A DNA stretch of 64,000 nt from Lytechinus pictus (taxonomy: Eukaryota), in NCBI RefSeq assembly GCF_037042905.1, contig NC_087254.1, forward strand, positions 16,306,001-16,370,000, given 5' to 3'. Each line of letters starts with the position of its first letter. Position 1 is the stretch's first letter. This document shows, piece after piece, positions 1-12,945 of this stretch. A program made the position numbers and the translations under genes. The notes under the pieces are model-generated. The model worked only from the letters and a program-made list of their open reading frames with translations. It had not been told where the DNA came from and ran no database searches.

Positions 1-754
1 TTATGATTAGAACAGGCTGATCTTAATACATTCAACTTCAATGGGGCAATTACATGTAGGTGTATTTTAATATGTGATTATATCTCAGGCCCTGTTTATA
101 TAATTCCTGTCAATCTGTCAATGGTAGTGTTGTGTTGTCATTGGGTTGATATCCAACCAGACTTAAATGAGACAAATCAATGCAAGATGTAGAGTTCACA
201 TATTAAAGATGATAACTTGATGATGATGATAATGATAAATACATGAGTAAGTCTGATGGTGACTTTATTCTGAAGTATATAAAATAGACTCTGCAAACTG
301 ATGTAATATAAAATGTAAACTCTTCTGTAGCTCTATCTCTAACCCATTCTCTAATCTAAACTCCAATCTCTATTCTGCAAAACTCTATTCTGCAATCTGA
401 TTTGCGTTCAGAAGCAAACTCCTTTTAAATTGGTCTGGTCAAGACTCTCTACAACCAAACAAGTGTTGGTCAACCTTGGACGCTTGACCAAAACAATTTG
501 TACATCATAACTTTACTCTGAATTGGGGGAGTTGACCTTTTAGGGAGAACATGAAATGTAGTGAATAAGAAACCCATGAAATGTGTGTGCGTCAGAAGTT
601 TAGCTGGAAGAAGAATGAGTAATACTTTCTTAAGAAAGTTGAAGTTGGTAAACATATGATTTCCTGTTATACTTCCTGTAGAAGCATTAAATAAGTATTG
701 ATTATGTATTGATATATTATTGAATATGTGAGATATGTCTTATCATCACATAAC

Positions 755-1545
755 AGTAGATCATATCACCAAGACTTGTCAGTCGGCTATCATGGCTATT
801 CATAAAATTGGTCAGATAAGGCATTTTCTTAATCAGAAATCAGTTGCACTACTCACTAATTATATCTCATGTTGATAATTTTAATACTCTATTATATGGC
901 CTACCCAAACCCAGTTGAACCGTCTACAAAGAATCCAGATTACAGCAGCAAGGCTCATAAAAGGCACTCACGCACATGACCCAATTTTACCTGTACTGTT
1001 TAAGCTCCATTGGTTGCCTGTTGGAAAATGTATACTCTTTAAGATAGTCATCCTCAGTTATAAAGCCCAGAATTGCCTCTCCCCACAGTACATATCAGAA
1101 CTCATAGAACCATATAAACCAAGACCTTAGCCTTCGATCATCCTCACGACATCTTCTCACTGCTCCCTCCACAAATACAAATACATAATGGTCAAAGAGC
1201 CCTTTCCCTATCTGCCCCTGTACTCTGGAATTCTCTACTGTTAAATATTAGAACTGCACCATCCTTCTCCATATTTAAATCTATGCTTAAAACTCACTTA
1301 TTTTCAAAATAATGTTGATAATGTTCAATATAGTATGTTGTTAAATATTGTAAGTTTTAATTAATGATGTAACTTTTATGTTTTGATTAAATGTGTTCTA
1401 ATTTGTACGACATATTTTAGGTTTAAGGTTTAGGTTTATTGGATCATTTTTAGGTTCAATGTATAATTTAGTAACTTAATATATTTTGTAAAGCGCATAG
1501 TGTCTTTTGACTATTATGCGCTATATAAATTTCATATATTATTAT
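755..1545 (+). mobile_element. 5'-truncated, decayed L2/CR1-group LINE (3' end of RT ORF plus tail) in a RPTOR intron
   Basis: ORF 915-1130 reads NRLQRIQITAARLI...PILPVLFKLHWLPV...FKIVILSYKA, the typical C-terminal motif of L2-clade ORF2. It is interrupted by stops and ends in gtaaagcgc...gcgctatataaat...(tta)n, the usual L2 3' tail. Confidence 0.8.
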
Positions 1546-1808
1546 TATCCTACCAAATTCAGGCTATGGATGTTTTTCATCATGCTCCACTGAGATATAA
1601 AATAAAATACAATGAAATGCATTTTTAAAAAATCCATCGTTATCTCCTGCTGATTTTGTGCGTCAATTACAATAATAAGACTCCACGATCATATCTAAAA
1701 CAATCATAAACTTGAAGAAGAGATTACTACGTCAAACTTCCAGTGATATAACTATTGAGGCCTTATTGAAGTCTAGCATCGTTATTTGTTTTCTTCTTTT
1801 ATTAACAG

Positions 1809-1938
1809 TGGTTACAAGAACCAACAGATCAATGTGTACAACACAATGGGAGATACACTCAGCACGATCAAGTACTATGAAGGATTTATAGGACAGAGGA
1901 TTGGACCAGTTAGTACTCTTGCCTTCCACCCTTACAAG
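1809..1938 (+). CDS. RPTOR: Regulatory-associated protein of mTOR (Raptor), penultimate coding exon (WD40 region)
   Basis: AG/GT-bounded exon encoding GYKNQQINVYNTMGDTLSTIKYYEGFIGQRIGPVSTLAFHPYK, matching the Raptor C-terminal IKYYDGFMGQRVG..LAFHP motif. Confidence 0.92.
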
Positions 1939-1949
1939 GTAAGATTCAC

Positions 1950-2390
1950 AGAGAGAGAGAGAGGTAGAAACAATTTAAGGGAAAGGGAATATAAATGTAA
2001 GGAAATAAAGAAGGAGGGTTAGTGAGAGAAGAGAGAGAGGGGCAGAGAGAAGAAGAGAGAGAGGGCAGGGAGAATGGATCTGGTGAGGGGAAGGAGAGGG
2101 GGACTACTTGGAGAAGGGGGAAGAGAGATAGACAGAGAATAGGTTTGGGGAGGGGAAGGAAAAGGGGGGAAGAGAGATAGACAGAGAATGGGTCATGGGG
2201 AGGGGAAGGAGAGGGGGACTATTGGAAGAAGGGGGAAGAGAGATAGACAGAGAATGTGTTTGGGAAGGAGAAGGGGACTACTTGGAGAAGGGGGAAGAGA
2301 GATAGGCAGAGAATGGGTCTTGGTGGAGTTGGGATGAGAGGAGAAGAAAAAGAGAGAGCAGGGAGATTTATTGAGGGGATGGGGAACAGA
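1950..2390. repeat. Purine-rich low-complexity tract with ~60-bp tandem GA-rich units
   Basis: Repeated ggggaaggagaggggactacttggagaagggggaagagagatagacagagaat units at about 2085-2330. Confidence 0.8.
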
Positions 2391-2558
2391 GGGTATGAGA
2401 CTGGTATCCTTTTGAAAGCAGCCCCTCAAATCGTGGAGGGCGATTTGTTAATATTAATCTTAATTGTGATAAAAATCTTGTTTTCTCTGAGATTTGATTT
2501 TTCTTTTTAAAGCCAGTAACCTCTAATGTTACTATCTAATCTAACTTTGTCTTTTCAG

Positions 2559-2624
2559 CTTCATCTAGCAGCTGGTTGCCGCGATTCCTTCCTCTCGATC
2601 TACTCCACTGACAAGAAGAGATAA
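2559..2624 (+). CDS. RPTOR: Raptor, last coding exon
   Basis: Acceptor cttttcag, phase 0, encodes LHLAAGCRDSFLSIYSTDKKR-stop, equivalent to the Raptor C-terminus (PHLAVGSNDYYISVYSVEKRVR in human). Confidence 0.9.
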   Translation, partial: LHLAAGCRDSFLSIYSTDKKR

Positions 2625-3770
2625 CCCAAACATCCATCGTTCACAGCCAGCCACATTTCATGTTGGAATCATGTCTCTGAGAACTAGCATTGTCTGTCTT
2701 GTATTGATGTCCAGATTTTTCATGCCCAAATAATAATGTTACCCAGGAAAAGTGCACAAAACTGATTGTTTCCTCTAACTCTTTTTGTGTTTGTTCTTGT
2801 ATCCTGTTTCAAAATATCCAAGCAGTAATTTTGGACCACTACATGTACGTGTAATTTCAAAGTCATTTTGTTCATACCTAATGTGACATTTGGAAATAGC
2901 TTTTTTGACTTGATGGTATCAACTATAACATGTCAAATGGACTCATTGCACAGAGAAAAAAAACTAAATACAGTTCATCTAAAGAAAAAGATAAATATTT
3001 AGAAGATTTTTTTTTTTGATTTGCCGTTATATCACTTATAAGAATGATAAGTTTCTGCTTCTATATAGCATTTAAAACATCTAAATGAAGTTTCTAAGTG
3101 CTTTCTGGTTTCTGGCAAGCTAATACAATGTATGCACCTTTTCCACTCCCTGAGTAGTATTTCAGCACGACAGCCCAGACTCCATTGCTTTACATACTCC
3201 ATTGGCATTTGCATCCTACAGGATGGCCATTTTAAACACCTGGGTGGAGAGTGGCAAATTGTGGATCGATGCGTAGTAGGAGGATGCTAGGCCGAGGTGG
3301 AAATTAAACATGTGACCCTCTTATCACTAATTTCTTATTAATTATTATAGGTAGGAATGGATATTACACAAGTAAGACTACCATTCAATGGGATGAGAGA
3401 TTGAGATACAGTCGATTATACCTTGGTGTATCACAATATGCACGACGTATACAAAACTTAGACAGGAGAGTTTTGTGATAGTGTTCAAGGATGACCGTGG
3501 ATTGGCTGTCCACAGAGTTTGTTGGTGTAAATGAAGGGTAGACTGACTGTATTTTAGCTGTCGTATCCCGGGAAGGGTTTAGGTTGATTAATAGATCAGT
3601 ATTCATACTAATGAATAAAGAAAAAATTTTCTGAAGAGTGAACAATAGTAGTTCATAGTTGGAAGTCAAGTCTCTACAACACAGTTCATCACTTTCGAAG
3701 TATGAGAAAAAGATTACTGTAATGTCAATACAAATAAACAGTGTGAACAGACCCTTTGACTTTTTAGTTT

Positions 3771-3911
3771 GCTGTGTCGGTACAAGAACGCCCTTAACAC
3801 CAAACATTCATGCATCGCATGCGCGCAAAAACGCCCTGAGCAGCGTGCATAAGTGCACTGCGTAAGGGCGTACGAAAATGTTTTGCTAAGGGCATTCTAG
3901 CACCGACACAA
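3771..3911. mobile_element. Short fold-back element / MITE
   Basis: gtgtcggtacaagaacgcccttaac...aaacatt is inverted relative to aatgttttgctaagggcattctagcaccgacac. Confidence 0.55.
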
Positions 3912-4039
3912 CGAGTTTCCAACAGTTTTATCAGAATCGAACCAAGATATTAGTCTGATCAGAGTTTGAGGCCATAATGGGTTTCTAATATACACTGTAT
4001 GAGATATAGACACAATATATTTTCTGCACTGGAGGTATC

Positions 4040-4315
4040 ATGCTACAGTGGTTATGACCAAGGTCTCTTATTTAGAGGGTCATGGGTTTGAATCCTACCC
4101 CAGGCGTTGATTTCCTTTAGAAACAAAAACAGGAATCATATTGTGCTACACTTGGTCAACCAAGATGAGAAATGGTTGCCTGGCAGAATTTATTCCATGA
4201 AAAGGAGACGTGTGTAATACATGTAGCTGCGATCTGCTGAAGCCATGTTAATTTTGCTGAATGATGGTCGGGCGCTTAGAAGCTTCAGATAAAGCAAGTG
4301 TTCAGCACTATAAAC
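4040..4315 (+). mobile_element. Degenerate tRNA-derived SINE
   Basis: Box A/B-like head (cagtggtta...gggtttgaatcc) and a body and tail similar to the intact copy at 47874. Confidence 0.55.
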
Positions 4316-5019
4316 ATAACTTTGTCTAAGTAGAATTTGTATAACACATGACTTACCTAATCAAACCTTGTACCTTTTAGTGGTTTACCCCAAAGTCATG
4401 CATCAGGAAGTATTACTCTGGTCTAAAAAAAATTGTTTCGACCTAGGAGAATATAAAACTTGATACAGAAGGTTGACTTATTACTCTCATTCAAAACAGG
4501 AGAAAACCTCATTAGTCACAGTCTATTTGTTTACCTGTTAAAGAATTTCCTTATGTCTGTGTCCATGTGAAATCGGCATCTCCCACATGACCCCTGAACC
4601 CTCTTCTGATTGGTCAATAACCAGTTAACCATGCATGTTCGTTTAGATCGGATGCTATTAAAAGCATGGTGCTATATTTTTAAATTGTAAATTGATATCT
4701 GTAATTTATTAATCATCTTACCTCGTTTTAATTTATTATTGTTATTTAGTCAAGCTGATAAGATATAGTTTTTCTTGTACCAATTATACAAGTGCACACA
4801 ATATTTTTCATGGAAAAGATCAGAAATTGAGAAAAACGGTTGTCATTTATAATGAATGCATACACGTATTAACCATGAATCAGTTCCATAACATTATCAA
4901 CTTCTTTGTACATCTGACTCCATTTTTTCGTTAATCTTGTCTTATTTTATGATCTGCTTAAGCCAAGAGCATTACAATTTTAGAAAAATCGTGACAAATC
5001 AATTCAGAAAGGTCTCACA

Positions 5020-5250
5020 CATGGTGGCTCAGTGGAAGAGCACTTGTCTCATGAACAGGAGGTCATGGGCTCAATCCCTGGTTGAGCCATACCAATGACT
5101 TATAAAAATGGGACCTTCTGCCTTGCTCAGCATTGAGATTGGATATTGATATAAAGGGTAATAATCATTATATTATGCAGGGCCAGCTGGTAGAGCAGTT
5201 TCCCAACTGAAGTGGCTACCCTGGGTAAAAAAAAACATTACCAGTATTAT
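5020..5250 (+). mobile_element. tRNA-derived SINE
   Basis: tggctcagtggaagagc (box A), gggctcaatccc (box B), then a non-tRNA body ending in an A/TTA-rich tail. Confidence 0.65.
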
Positions 5251-5302
5251 TTGGGTGTCAGCTGTACACATTTCATGAGATTGCCCAATGTGATGACAGT
5301 AA

Positions 5303-5464
5303 TACCTTGGTCACATTTGCTCTACGGCGGCTGTACGGCGAGTCGAAAACAGCCATTTTATTTTTTTTGTACCAGCTACATATAGGTGGTTTTGAATAAA
5401 AGTGCATAAAACAGCTGTTTTTGACTCGCCGTATGGCTGCCATAGAGCAAATGTGACTGAGGTA
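5303..5464. mobile_element. MITE with ~50-bp terminal inverted repeats, TA-flanked
   Basis: taccttggtcacatttgctctacggcggctgtacggcgagtcgaaaacagc ... gctgtttttgactcgccgtatggctgccatagagcaaatgtgactgaggta. Confidence 0.8.
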
Positions 5465-6559
5465 TAAGACACCGTCACTTTCATGCTCAAGGCAAGTATG
5501 CACATGTATACAATGATACGCCCATAAAAGCGTTCATGTATGAAGTACGATCAAATTCAAGATATTTGTGACCACAATTCTTATATTTATTTGTTATCCT
5601 ACTAGTTCATCTTGTGTTACTGTCAAGCCCTGACGTATGTAATCTGAAGTCTGTTTTAAGAAAAGTTAAAAATTGAAAATTGGGTATTTGCGTGGTTTAT
5701 CACACCTGCAAGACAGCCCAGGATGTATTATTCTTCAGTATAAAACCAAATTAATCTGATCATTTTTTTTTATGTTGCCCGTGAAATTTCGCTATTTTTC
5801 TGTGGAAAGGAATGGCATAGCTTCTTTTTTTTAGGAGCTATAATAATAAGAGCTACTGTAAATTGAAGGGAAAATCGGATTTTGAAGAGACTATGTGCTC
5901 ATCTCCTTAGTGAATTGGGCCTTTCTTGTTTTCAAAATGTCTTGGATTTTTGTTTTGTTTTGGGTTTTGTTTGTGGGGGGGGGGGAATCAGAAAAAAAAT
6001 TTAATTACCAATATGATTTCAGAATTATTCAGAAGTTGGCTGGTCATTGTGACACCGTGATACACTAAATGGCCAAATAACTAATACCTATCCTTTGATT
6101 TGTTCTTCAAGTATTACCTATTAAAACAATAGTTCTTGAAAAGGAAATAATGGTCAGATTTTATTTCCAAATATCACTGTTCTCTTTCCACCGAAAGTAT
6201 TGGAATATATACATCAGCATGAAATGCAATAATATAATAAAATATTTAGTACATTTAATTTCATTGAGCTCATCAGTCACTAAGTGTAGTTCATAATAAC
6301 TAATAATTCATTTATTACCATTAATATTCAACTTGAGTGATGAAAGCACAGATAACCAGATGGACAAGAGCTATGCAGTGTTTTGTAATGATTCTTGATT
6401 CTTTCTTCAAATTGTATAACAGTCATCTATTGATGAAAGATTCAATCAGGACAAGTTTCCACCAGAATAATGCCTTTTCAGCCCTCAGAATATTGTAAAG
6501 CCTGTACTAGGTTAGCATCCAGTAATACACCTATCTTTGCCCATTGGGTGATTTCAATT

Positions 6560-6870
6560 TTGGTGTTGGTGCTGGTGTTGGAAGCACAATTCAGATTGCC
6601 TTCCCTAGCACCAGAACCTAATGTGTCCAGTGTGGGTGTTGGAAGCAGAACTTAGATTGCCTTAGCACCAGCACCTAATATGTTCAGCATTGGTGTTGGA
6701 AGCACAAATTAGATTGCCTTCCCTAGCACCAACACCTAATATGTTCAGCATTGATGTTGGTATTGGAAGCACAAATTACCTAGCCTTAGCACCAGTACCT
6801 GACCTGTTCAGTGTTGGTATTAGTATTGGAAGAATAATTCAGATTGCCTTCCTGAGTACTAACACCTATA
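6560..6870 (+). repeat. Five diverged ~60-bp tandem units, each with hairpin potential
   Basis: Unit consensus ggtgttggaagcacaaattagattgccttccctagcaccaacacctaatatgttcagcatt. Confidence 0.85.
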
Positions 6871-7495
6871 TCGAGTTCACAATCATGGCCCAAATTATAT
6901 TATTGATAGCTCAAATCCTATTGAGATTCATTTGAGGACCAGCTTTATTTTAAGGTGCTGTGCTGATTTTCATCCTAAGGCACATACCATCACCAAAAAA
7001 GGTCAACACCAAATTTGAAATCACCCATTGTCTTAAATATGGGTTTCCAGATGAATTTAAATGTAGTTGTCAAACCTATGCTACAGACAAGAGTCACAAG
7101 AATAATTGAAATGAGATGGAACATTATAAGTATCTTTGTAACAGCTTTTATCTTCATCCTATTCCACACTGACATATATGTATTGCCCTGAAGTCTCAAA
7201 CCCTGTTCTTTTAATTAAAAAAAATTTATATATTTTGATGTTTTCTCTGACAGAAATCATAAGTGTGAATTGAAGGACAGATATAAAAAAGGCAATATTA
7301 CTGTCTGATTTGAAAAAGCATACCTCTTGATGTTCAAGGGGGAAAAGTTATAAAGATTATATTTCCTTTGTCTGAATGTGTATTGTGCAAATCCTAATTT
7401 CTTTTGTAAAATTGTATATAAGATAAACTATGATGGCATGTTATAAACTGTATTTGTATAAAGAAGCATGACTCTTCAATATGGTCTTTGTTCAA

Positions 7496-7549
7496 AATAA
7501 AGATTCATGTCTGACGTAACATAAAAACCTTGGATTTGTTGCATTTATT
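7496..7549. terminator. Opposed poly(A) signals (AATAAA on + at 7496-7501; AATAAA on - at 7544-7549)
   Basis: Both hexamers are seen directly and lie between the convergent RPTOR and MRM2 genes. Confidence 0.45.
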
Positions 7550-8312
7550 GAGGGAGGTGTTTGCAAACTGATTTGATCACCAAAATACAGGTACCTGTAA
7601 ATTAACAAGAACTTGTTCAGGTCTCAAAATATCAGAAAATTATTTTTCTGCACTCATTACAACCTGAACGGGGTAAAGTTCTTGGAGTTGTGAGCATACA
7701 TGTATGAGTAAGGTCTCGATAGCTGATGAGGTGCAGAAGTCAAAATTATTACCCAAGCAAGCAACCAAATCCCTTATGGCGTCTGCGCTGCCAGCGTACT
7801 CTCTGGCCTGGGAAATTATTTAGCAATAAATTTCAGGCATAGTAACAAGTAATTTGATTTTCCACTGGCAAAAATACCTGGAATCTCATGATTGGGATAA
7901 ATTTTCCGACCACAGAATACCTAGTATACTCGGTTTCCAAGTCAGTTTGGAGGAACCTTTTCGGAACTCGACCAATTTTATTGTAATATCAAATTTAATC
8001 TTATCATTCACCTGCTTGACTTTAGGCTGAAAGAGAGACGATGACTTAAAGATGCGGGAAGAAGAATGCACAAATAACATGAAATCCCAGATCATCAAAT
8101 TATTTCAACTCAAATTCATAGAGAACACAATGGGTAGACACCAAATAGGTGTCAAGTCGACACTATATCTTCTTAACAGTCGATCAAGAAAAAACAAATT
8201 CTGGACAGGCTGTATGTTTTTGGAGATTTCTTCTGGGTTTCCCCTCCAGATACTGGTAGATACAATCAGGGGGGTTTTTTTGGGGGGAGGGGTGCTTTAC
8301 ATACAATGTACA

Positions 8313-11300
8313 TCAGCTTTTCGGATGAACCAGATATCTCTTAAAACCTCGCGCTAAGAGGTAGATTTCGGAAGATTCCTTCCGACTCGCCTCGGGCCTC
8401 AATACCTTCACTGAACGGAAAGAGTCTGCAAGGTCCTTTTTCAAGAGCCCCGTTTCATGTCCGTCCCACAACTTTGTCAGGAAGTGACCATTCTCACACA
8501 AAACCTTTGTCGCGAAGCCCATCGCTGTCCGTGCGAGGGCGACGATTTGCTCGTGGTCCATGGCGTGGATTCCTGTAGCGTTTGGAGCCATGTCACTCAA
8601 GACAGCATCAGGAAGTCTGTTGTCTAAATGACCCAGTATCTCCTCCTGGATGAAAGGGTCGGTAAAGTCACTCTGATCCAGGATGATAGCGCCCTCTACA
8701 GGTTGCATGTGAAGTAGATCCACAGCTATGACGGTTCCCCTAGGTTTGGCATTGTCTGTGTTGTGCCATGAAAAAAAAAGGATGAGAGATTGTATGAAAT
8801 TATTATACTGGTAGATTCTGACTTTCATATTAAGCCAGAATCACCCAAAGTATTTATAAGAAATGAAATATTAATAAATATGGCTGCAAGATATTGCATT
8901 GGGTATTAATCATATCTAGTAAAAAAAACCACTATGGCAAATAATGTATCATGAATAACTGTCAAATATCAAGGAGTGCTCAATTCAAAAGAAAGATCAA
9001 AGCAACAGCAATCATGCAAGACTCCCATAAGAATCTTTCCATCACTAATATTCACGTTTGTCATTAACAAAACAATGGGGAACGCAGAAAAGCAAAAAAA
9101 ACGCTGTGGCCTTTACAGCGGGATTCTTGCTTGAAAAAAGACGCTGCACAGACTTGGTAAAGTATTGATTAGTGTTTCATTTCATGTAGTTTAATTTCAA
9201 TTTTTTACCCATCGTGTTTGTTTTTGCCATTTTGTATAGCACTTTGAAACTTAAAAAAAGTGCTTTATTATAAGGACTTTTATCTGAATGAAAGGTGTAG
9301 GCCTACCAACACTTAGAACTCTTGTTTATACTCATATTAGGAAAATGCAAAATATCTCAAATATGCTTTTCACACTGCATTTCCTTACCCCATACTATCC
9401 TTAACCCTGGACTATCCTTAACCCCATACTATCTTTTTTTTTTATTCACACTGTCTTTCTTAACCCCGTACTGTTTGCTTAGCCGGGGTTAACGCCTTAA
9501 CCCCGGGCAATCACACAGCTCATAAATATTGATGATTTCACCATACAGAACGCGATTAACGTGCAATTTCGACTTCTGTGATTGGCTAATGCTTAGCCCC
9601 ACTTTTCCTTAGCCCTGTTTCGTTTCACACTGCATCTCTTAGCACCGCAATTGTGGTGCTAGCACCACAATAAGCCGGCTAACCCTGCTTTTTTGCAGGG
9701 CCAGATAGTACCGTACTATTTACCGTGCTAGCCCACTTTGCTAAAACGTAGTGTGAAAACGAAGTGGGCTAAGCTTAACCCCAGGAAATTGGTGGGGCTA
9801 AGACCCCCCCTTAGCCCCACCAATTTCCTGGGGTTAAGGGAAAAAAGTGCAGTGTGAAAAGCATATGAGATTAGGAGGACGTCAAAAAGATATCTTTCAT
9901 TAAAATGATGTACAAGGAAAATTATCATCTTTGTGATAAACATATTCACTGAACTCAGAATAGTCAATATTCTCAAATGAAAATTTCAAAAACAAATGTC
10001 CCTGTTCTATTTAAATACAACTTACTCTGCATAGCAGAATTGGTCTTTTCAACAGTCACTTGTGTCCATGAGCCGGGTGCTGCTCCACATTCAATAATAG
10101 TCTGACCATACTTCATAAGTCTGTACCGGGAGTCTATCTCCAAAAGCTTGTATGCACTCCTAGCCCTGTAGTTGTCAGCCTGTCAACAACAACAAAAAAC
10201 ACCCCAAAATCACACTATTTATTCATATTTATGTAATTTTCTGAAAAAAATTTACAAAAACTTTCCAAATATCTTTTTTTTATTCAATTAATGCTCATGC
10301 CCAGATTTATAACTGATTGGGTACACCACAGGGTTTTGGTGGTTTTCCTAAATTATATAGTACAAAGAATAAGACTATGCACATCACTGCAACCAGACAC
10401 ATACAGAAGAAACTTATAATACAAGATGTTTAAATTAATCAAATGCAAAGAACATAATTTATTCATGAAGATATAATGAATTTAGGGATTTATATTGTGG
10501 CAGTACAAGAAACCCTTGTATCACCCTTGTATTATCCCAGACCAAAGCTTCAGTCTCTGTTTCGTTGGTTGTTCCGTGGGAATAAGTCTTGCTTCACTAC
10601 ACCACCTCCATAAACTGAAGCCATTCTTACACTGTTCAGGGAACCTGTCCACAAAATTCATTCTTGATTTTATACCAATTTAGTACATTTTCATTAAAAC
10701 ATAAGTCTATAAATGATTCAAGTTATGAAAATAATCAGAATCTAGTCATAAACACCAATTTGGTGCAATTTATACAAGAATCATTACACATCAAAACCCC
10801 CATTTCAATGGAGGAAGAATAAATTGAGCTTTTGGGGGCATAGGTCCCTCACACTGTGCAATGACTTGCCCTCTATGTTGGAGGCACTACTACTACCTAT
10901 GCTATGAGGTCAAAACATATTGACCTTATCGGCGATAGCACATATACGGGGTGTAGAAAATTGGCACCAGCGGTCACACAAATGCACACAATGATGGCGA
11001 CAAGGCTTGTCGACAGGGTGAATTGTCTAGTTTTTTTTTCTCCCTCGTTTTTAGTCATGAACTTTTTTGAGTGAGATTAGTAACTGTTTATTGCAGTTTA
11101 GATACTGATCAAAGGCAAAAATTTTGATCAAATAGCTGTGGATTTTTAACAATGGTGCTTGGCAGTCTGACTACTCTGGCAGCTTTCAACCTTGTTGAGG
11201 TCCCGGTGAGGTCCCAATACCTCCTAGAGTGGTTGGAGGAGAAAACAAAAAGGTAAAAAAAAACTCCTCCAGACAGATTTAAGCTTTCTAATATGCCCCT

Positions 11301-12402
11301 TGGTTTGTAATCGAGGATGGGAAGTACGAAGACATGCTGCTCCGTTTTAACATGTGTACTGCCCACCGTCATTGTTTGATAGCTCCAAAATAGGCTTACC
11401 TTTAGAGTACAACACAACTATAAGAGGGTGTTGCAATGCCTTTAAACACAAAATAAACTACAAATAAATTATTACAAAATTTAATAATTTCGATTATAAT
11501 TTGTTACAATTACACTGTGAATCAGGATTATTTTAGAGTCTATTATCATTATCATCTAGCAGATCTGTGTCACGTTTTAACAGTGGACAATCAATGTGCA
11601 TTGTATTCTAAAAGTAAAAAAAAAATTATGTGTAAAATAAAAAACATCGTCTCCTCCGACCTCACCTCCCAACTTCATTACATAATATCTGATCATTCAT
11701 GCAAATTACACTCATCACAATCAGTATATAGGGTCTATTTAGAAAAGACTTCCTTATCTTATGTCCCCTCCAGCTCCACTAATTTTAAAAATACCTCCCC
11801 AAACCCCCTAGCTTCTTTCGTTCTCTTTTTTTTCTTCATAATTCCGGTTGGAATTTGGATTCGAACCTCTCGCTGCAGAACGAGGCATCTCCAGTTTGTT
11901 GCCTTACTCACTGAGCTAGCAGGAATTGTTGAAAGCCATGGGTTTCATAACGGTTATCAACCAATATTCAACCGATTTTCTAACTACCGGTACATAAACC
12001 GAGGCCATTGGGAATTACACACACTCAAAATTTTGATGGAATAAAGCCATATTTTGGTATGTATCCAACTTTTCCTTCCTAAATCTCTTAGATATATGTT
12101 AGATAATTCTTTAATAAACCTCCATATTTTTTTAAATTCAGTTAGTGAAGGGGACATGGAAGTCTTTGCCTCTATGGATTAGGCCTACATCATACCCTTG
12201 CTTGCTTGACAAATGGATCAGTAAGGTGCCTGTTGATCCACTGCTGAGAGCTGTGTGATTTATTTTTCAGACCAGGTTTCTTCTTTCTCAGGACACTGCT
12301 CGCATGAATGCATCTTGCATCGGCATCTTTCGATCTCATTCTCATCAGCAGCTGTGACAACGACCGTGCATGGGAACACATGATATTCTTTATCTGTTGC
12401 AT
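8313..12402 (-). CDS. MRM2: rRNA methyltransferase 2, mitochondrial (FtsJ/RlmE family); coding exons 12402-12196, 10179-10026, 8755-8313
   Basis: Spliced, phase-consistent protein: ...[19 protein letters not shown]|[16 protein letters not shown]...[13 protein letters not shown]...|VIAVDLL...[11 protein letters not shown]...DH...FLTKLWDG...[18 protein letters not shown]. It has the FtsJ SAM-binding motif and K-D-K-E tetrad, and a basic N-terminus resembling a mitochondrial presequence. Confidence 0.93.
9362..9865. mobile_element. Non-autonomous DNA transposon in an MRM2 intron, with internal CTTAACCC/CTTAGCCC repeats
   Basis: TIRs tatgcttttcacactgca / tgcagtgtgaaaagcata; many internal ttaacccc and ttagcccc motifs. 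Confidence 0.75.
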
Positions 12403-12719
12403 GATCAAGGCAAAGATTACTGGTAAAACCTTGTTAGCAAAAAAATCATGATATAAACAATAATTTGGTAATTACAGACATCTAATTTAGTCCACCTCGA
12501 CCTCTGACTTGAAGTGAATGAATACTATTCCAAATTCAATTGTCATGTCGTCTAGCTGTGACACGAATTCCAACGTCTGGGACAATGGCAATTGGCATGC
12601 TTTCAAATTCAATCCAGGCAGTAAGTAGTAAGACTTAGTCATCATGATAGTAGATTCTAGTCTAGTGCATCACTTCTAAGAGATCAGTAGATATATTTGA
12701 GCTTTCCTGGTTCCTCGTG

Positions 12720-12945
12720 AATGTGATCCTTTGTTTTATCGAGCTACCTTAAACGAACAACTTGGGCTTGGCCTGCGACGCGTCGCTCCGGATTGTAGCG
12801 AATCCCGAACATGCATCCAACGCGTACCGACTCGCCGAACAACGGCAGCAAGTACCTGGCGGTATGAACGCCCTTGCGGCAATCTTGTATCTAATGCATT
12901 TGTAAGGGCCATGTGTGAGAAGTGGGCGTGGTGTGGGCGTGTCCA
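12720..12945 (-). promoter_or_regulatory. CpG-rich promoter / first non-coding exon region of MRM2
   Basis: Local CpG enrichment 300-500 bp upstream of the MRM2 ATG. A splice acceptor at 12420 implies an upstream 5' exon. Confidence 0.55.

Noticed and set aside
12750-12900. GC-rich stretch as a structured ncRNA gene
   Set aside because: No recognisable snRNA, snoRNA or Pol III signature; better explained as the MRM2 promoter/5' exon.
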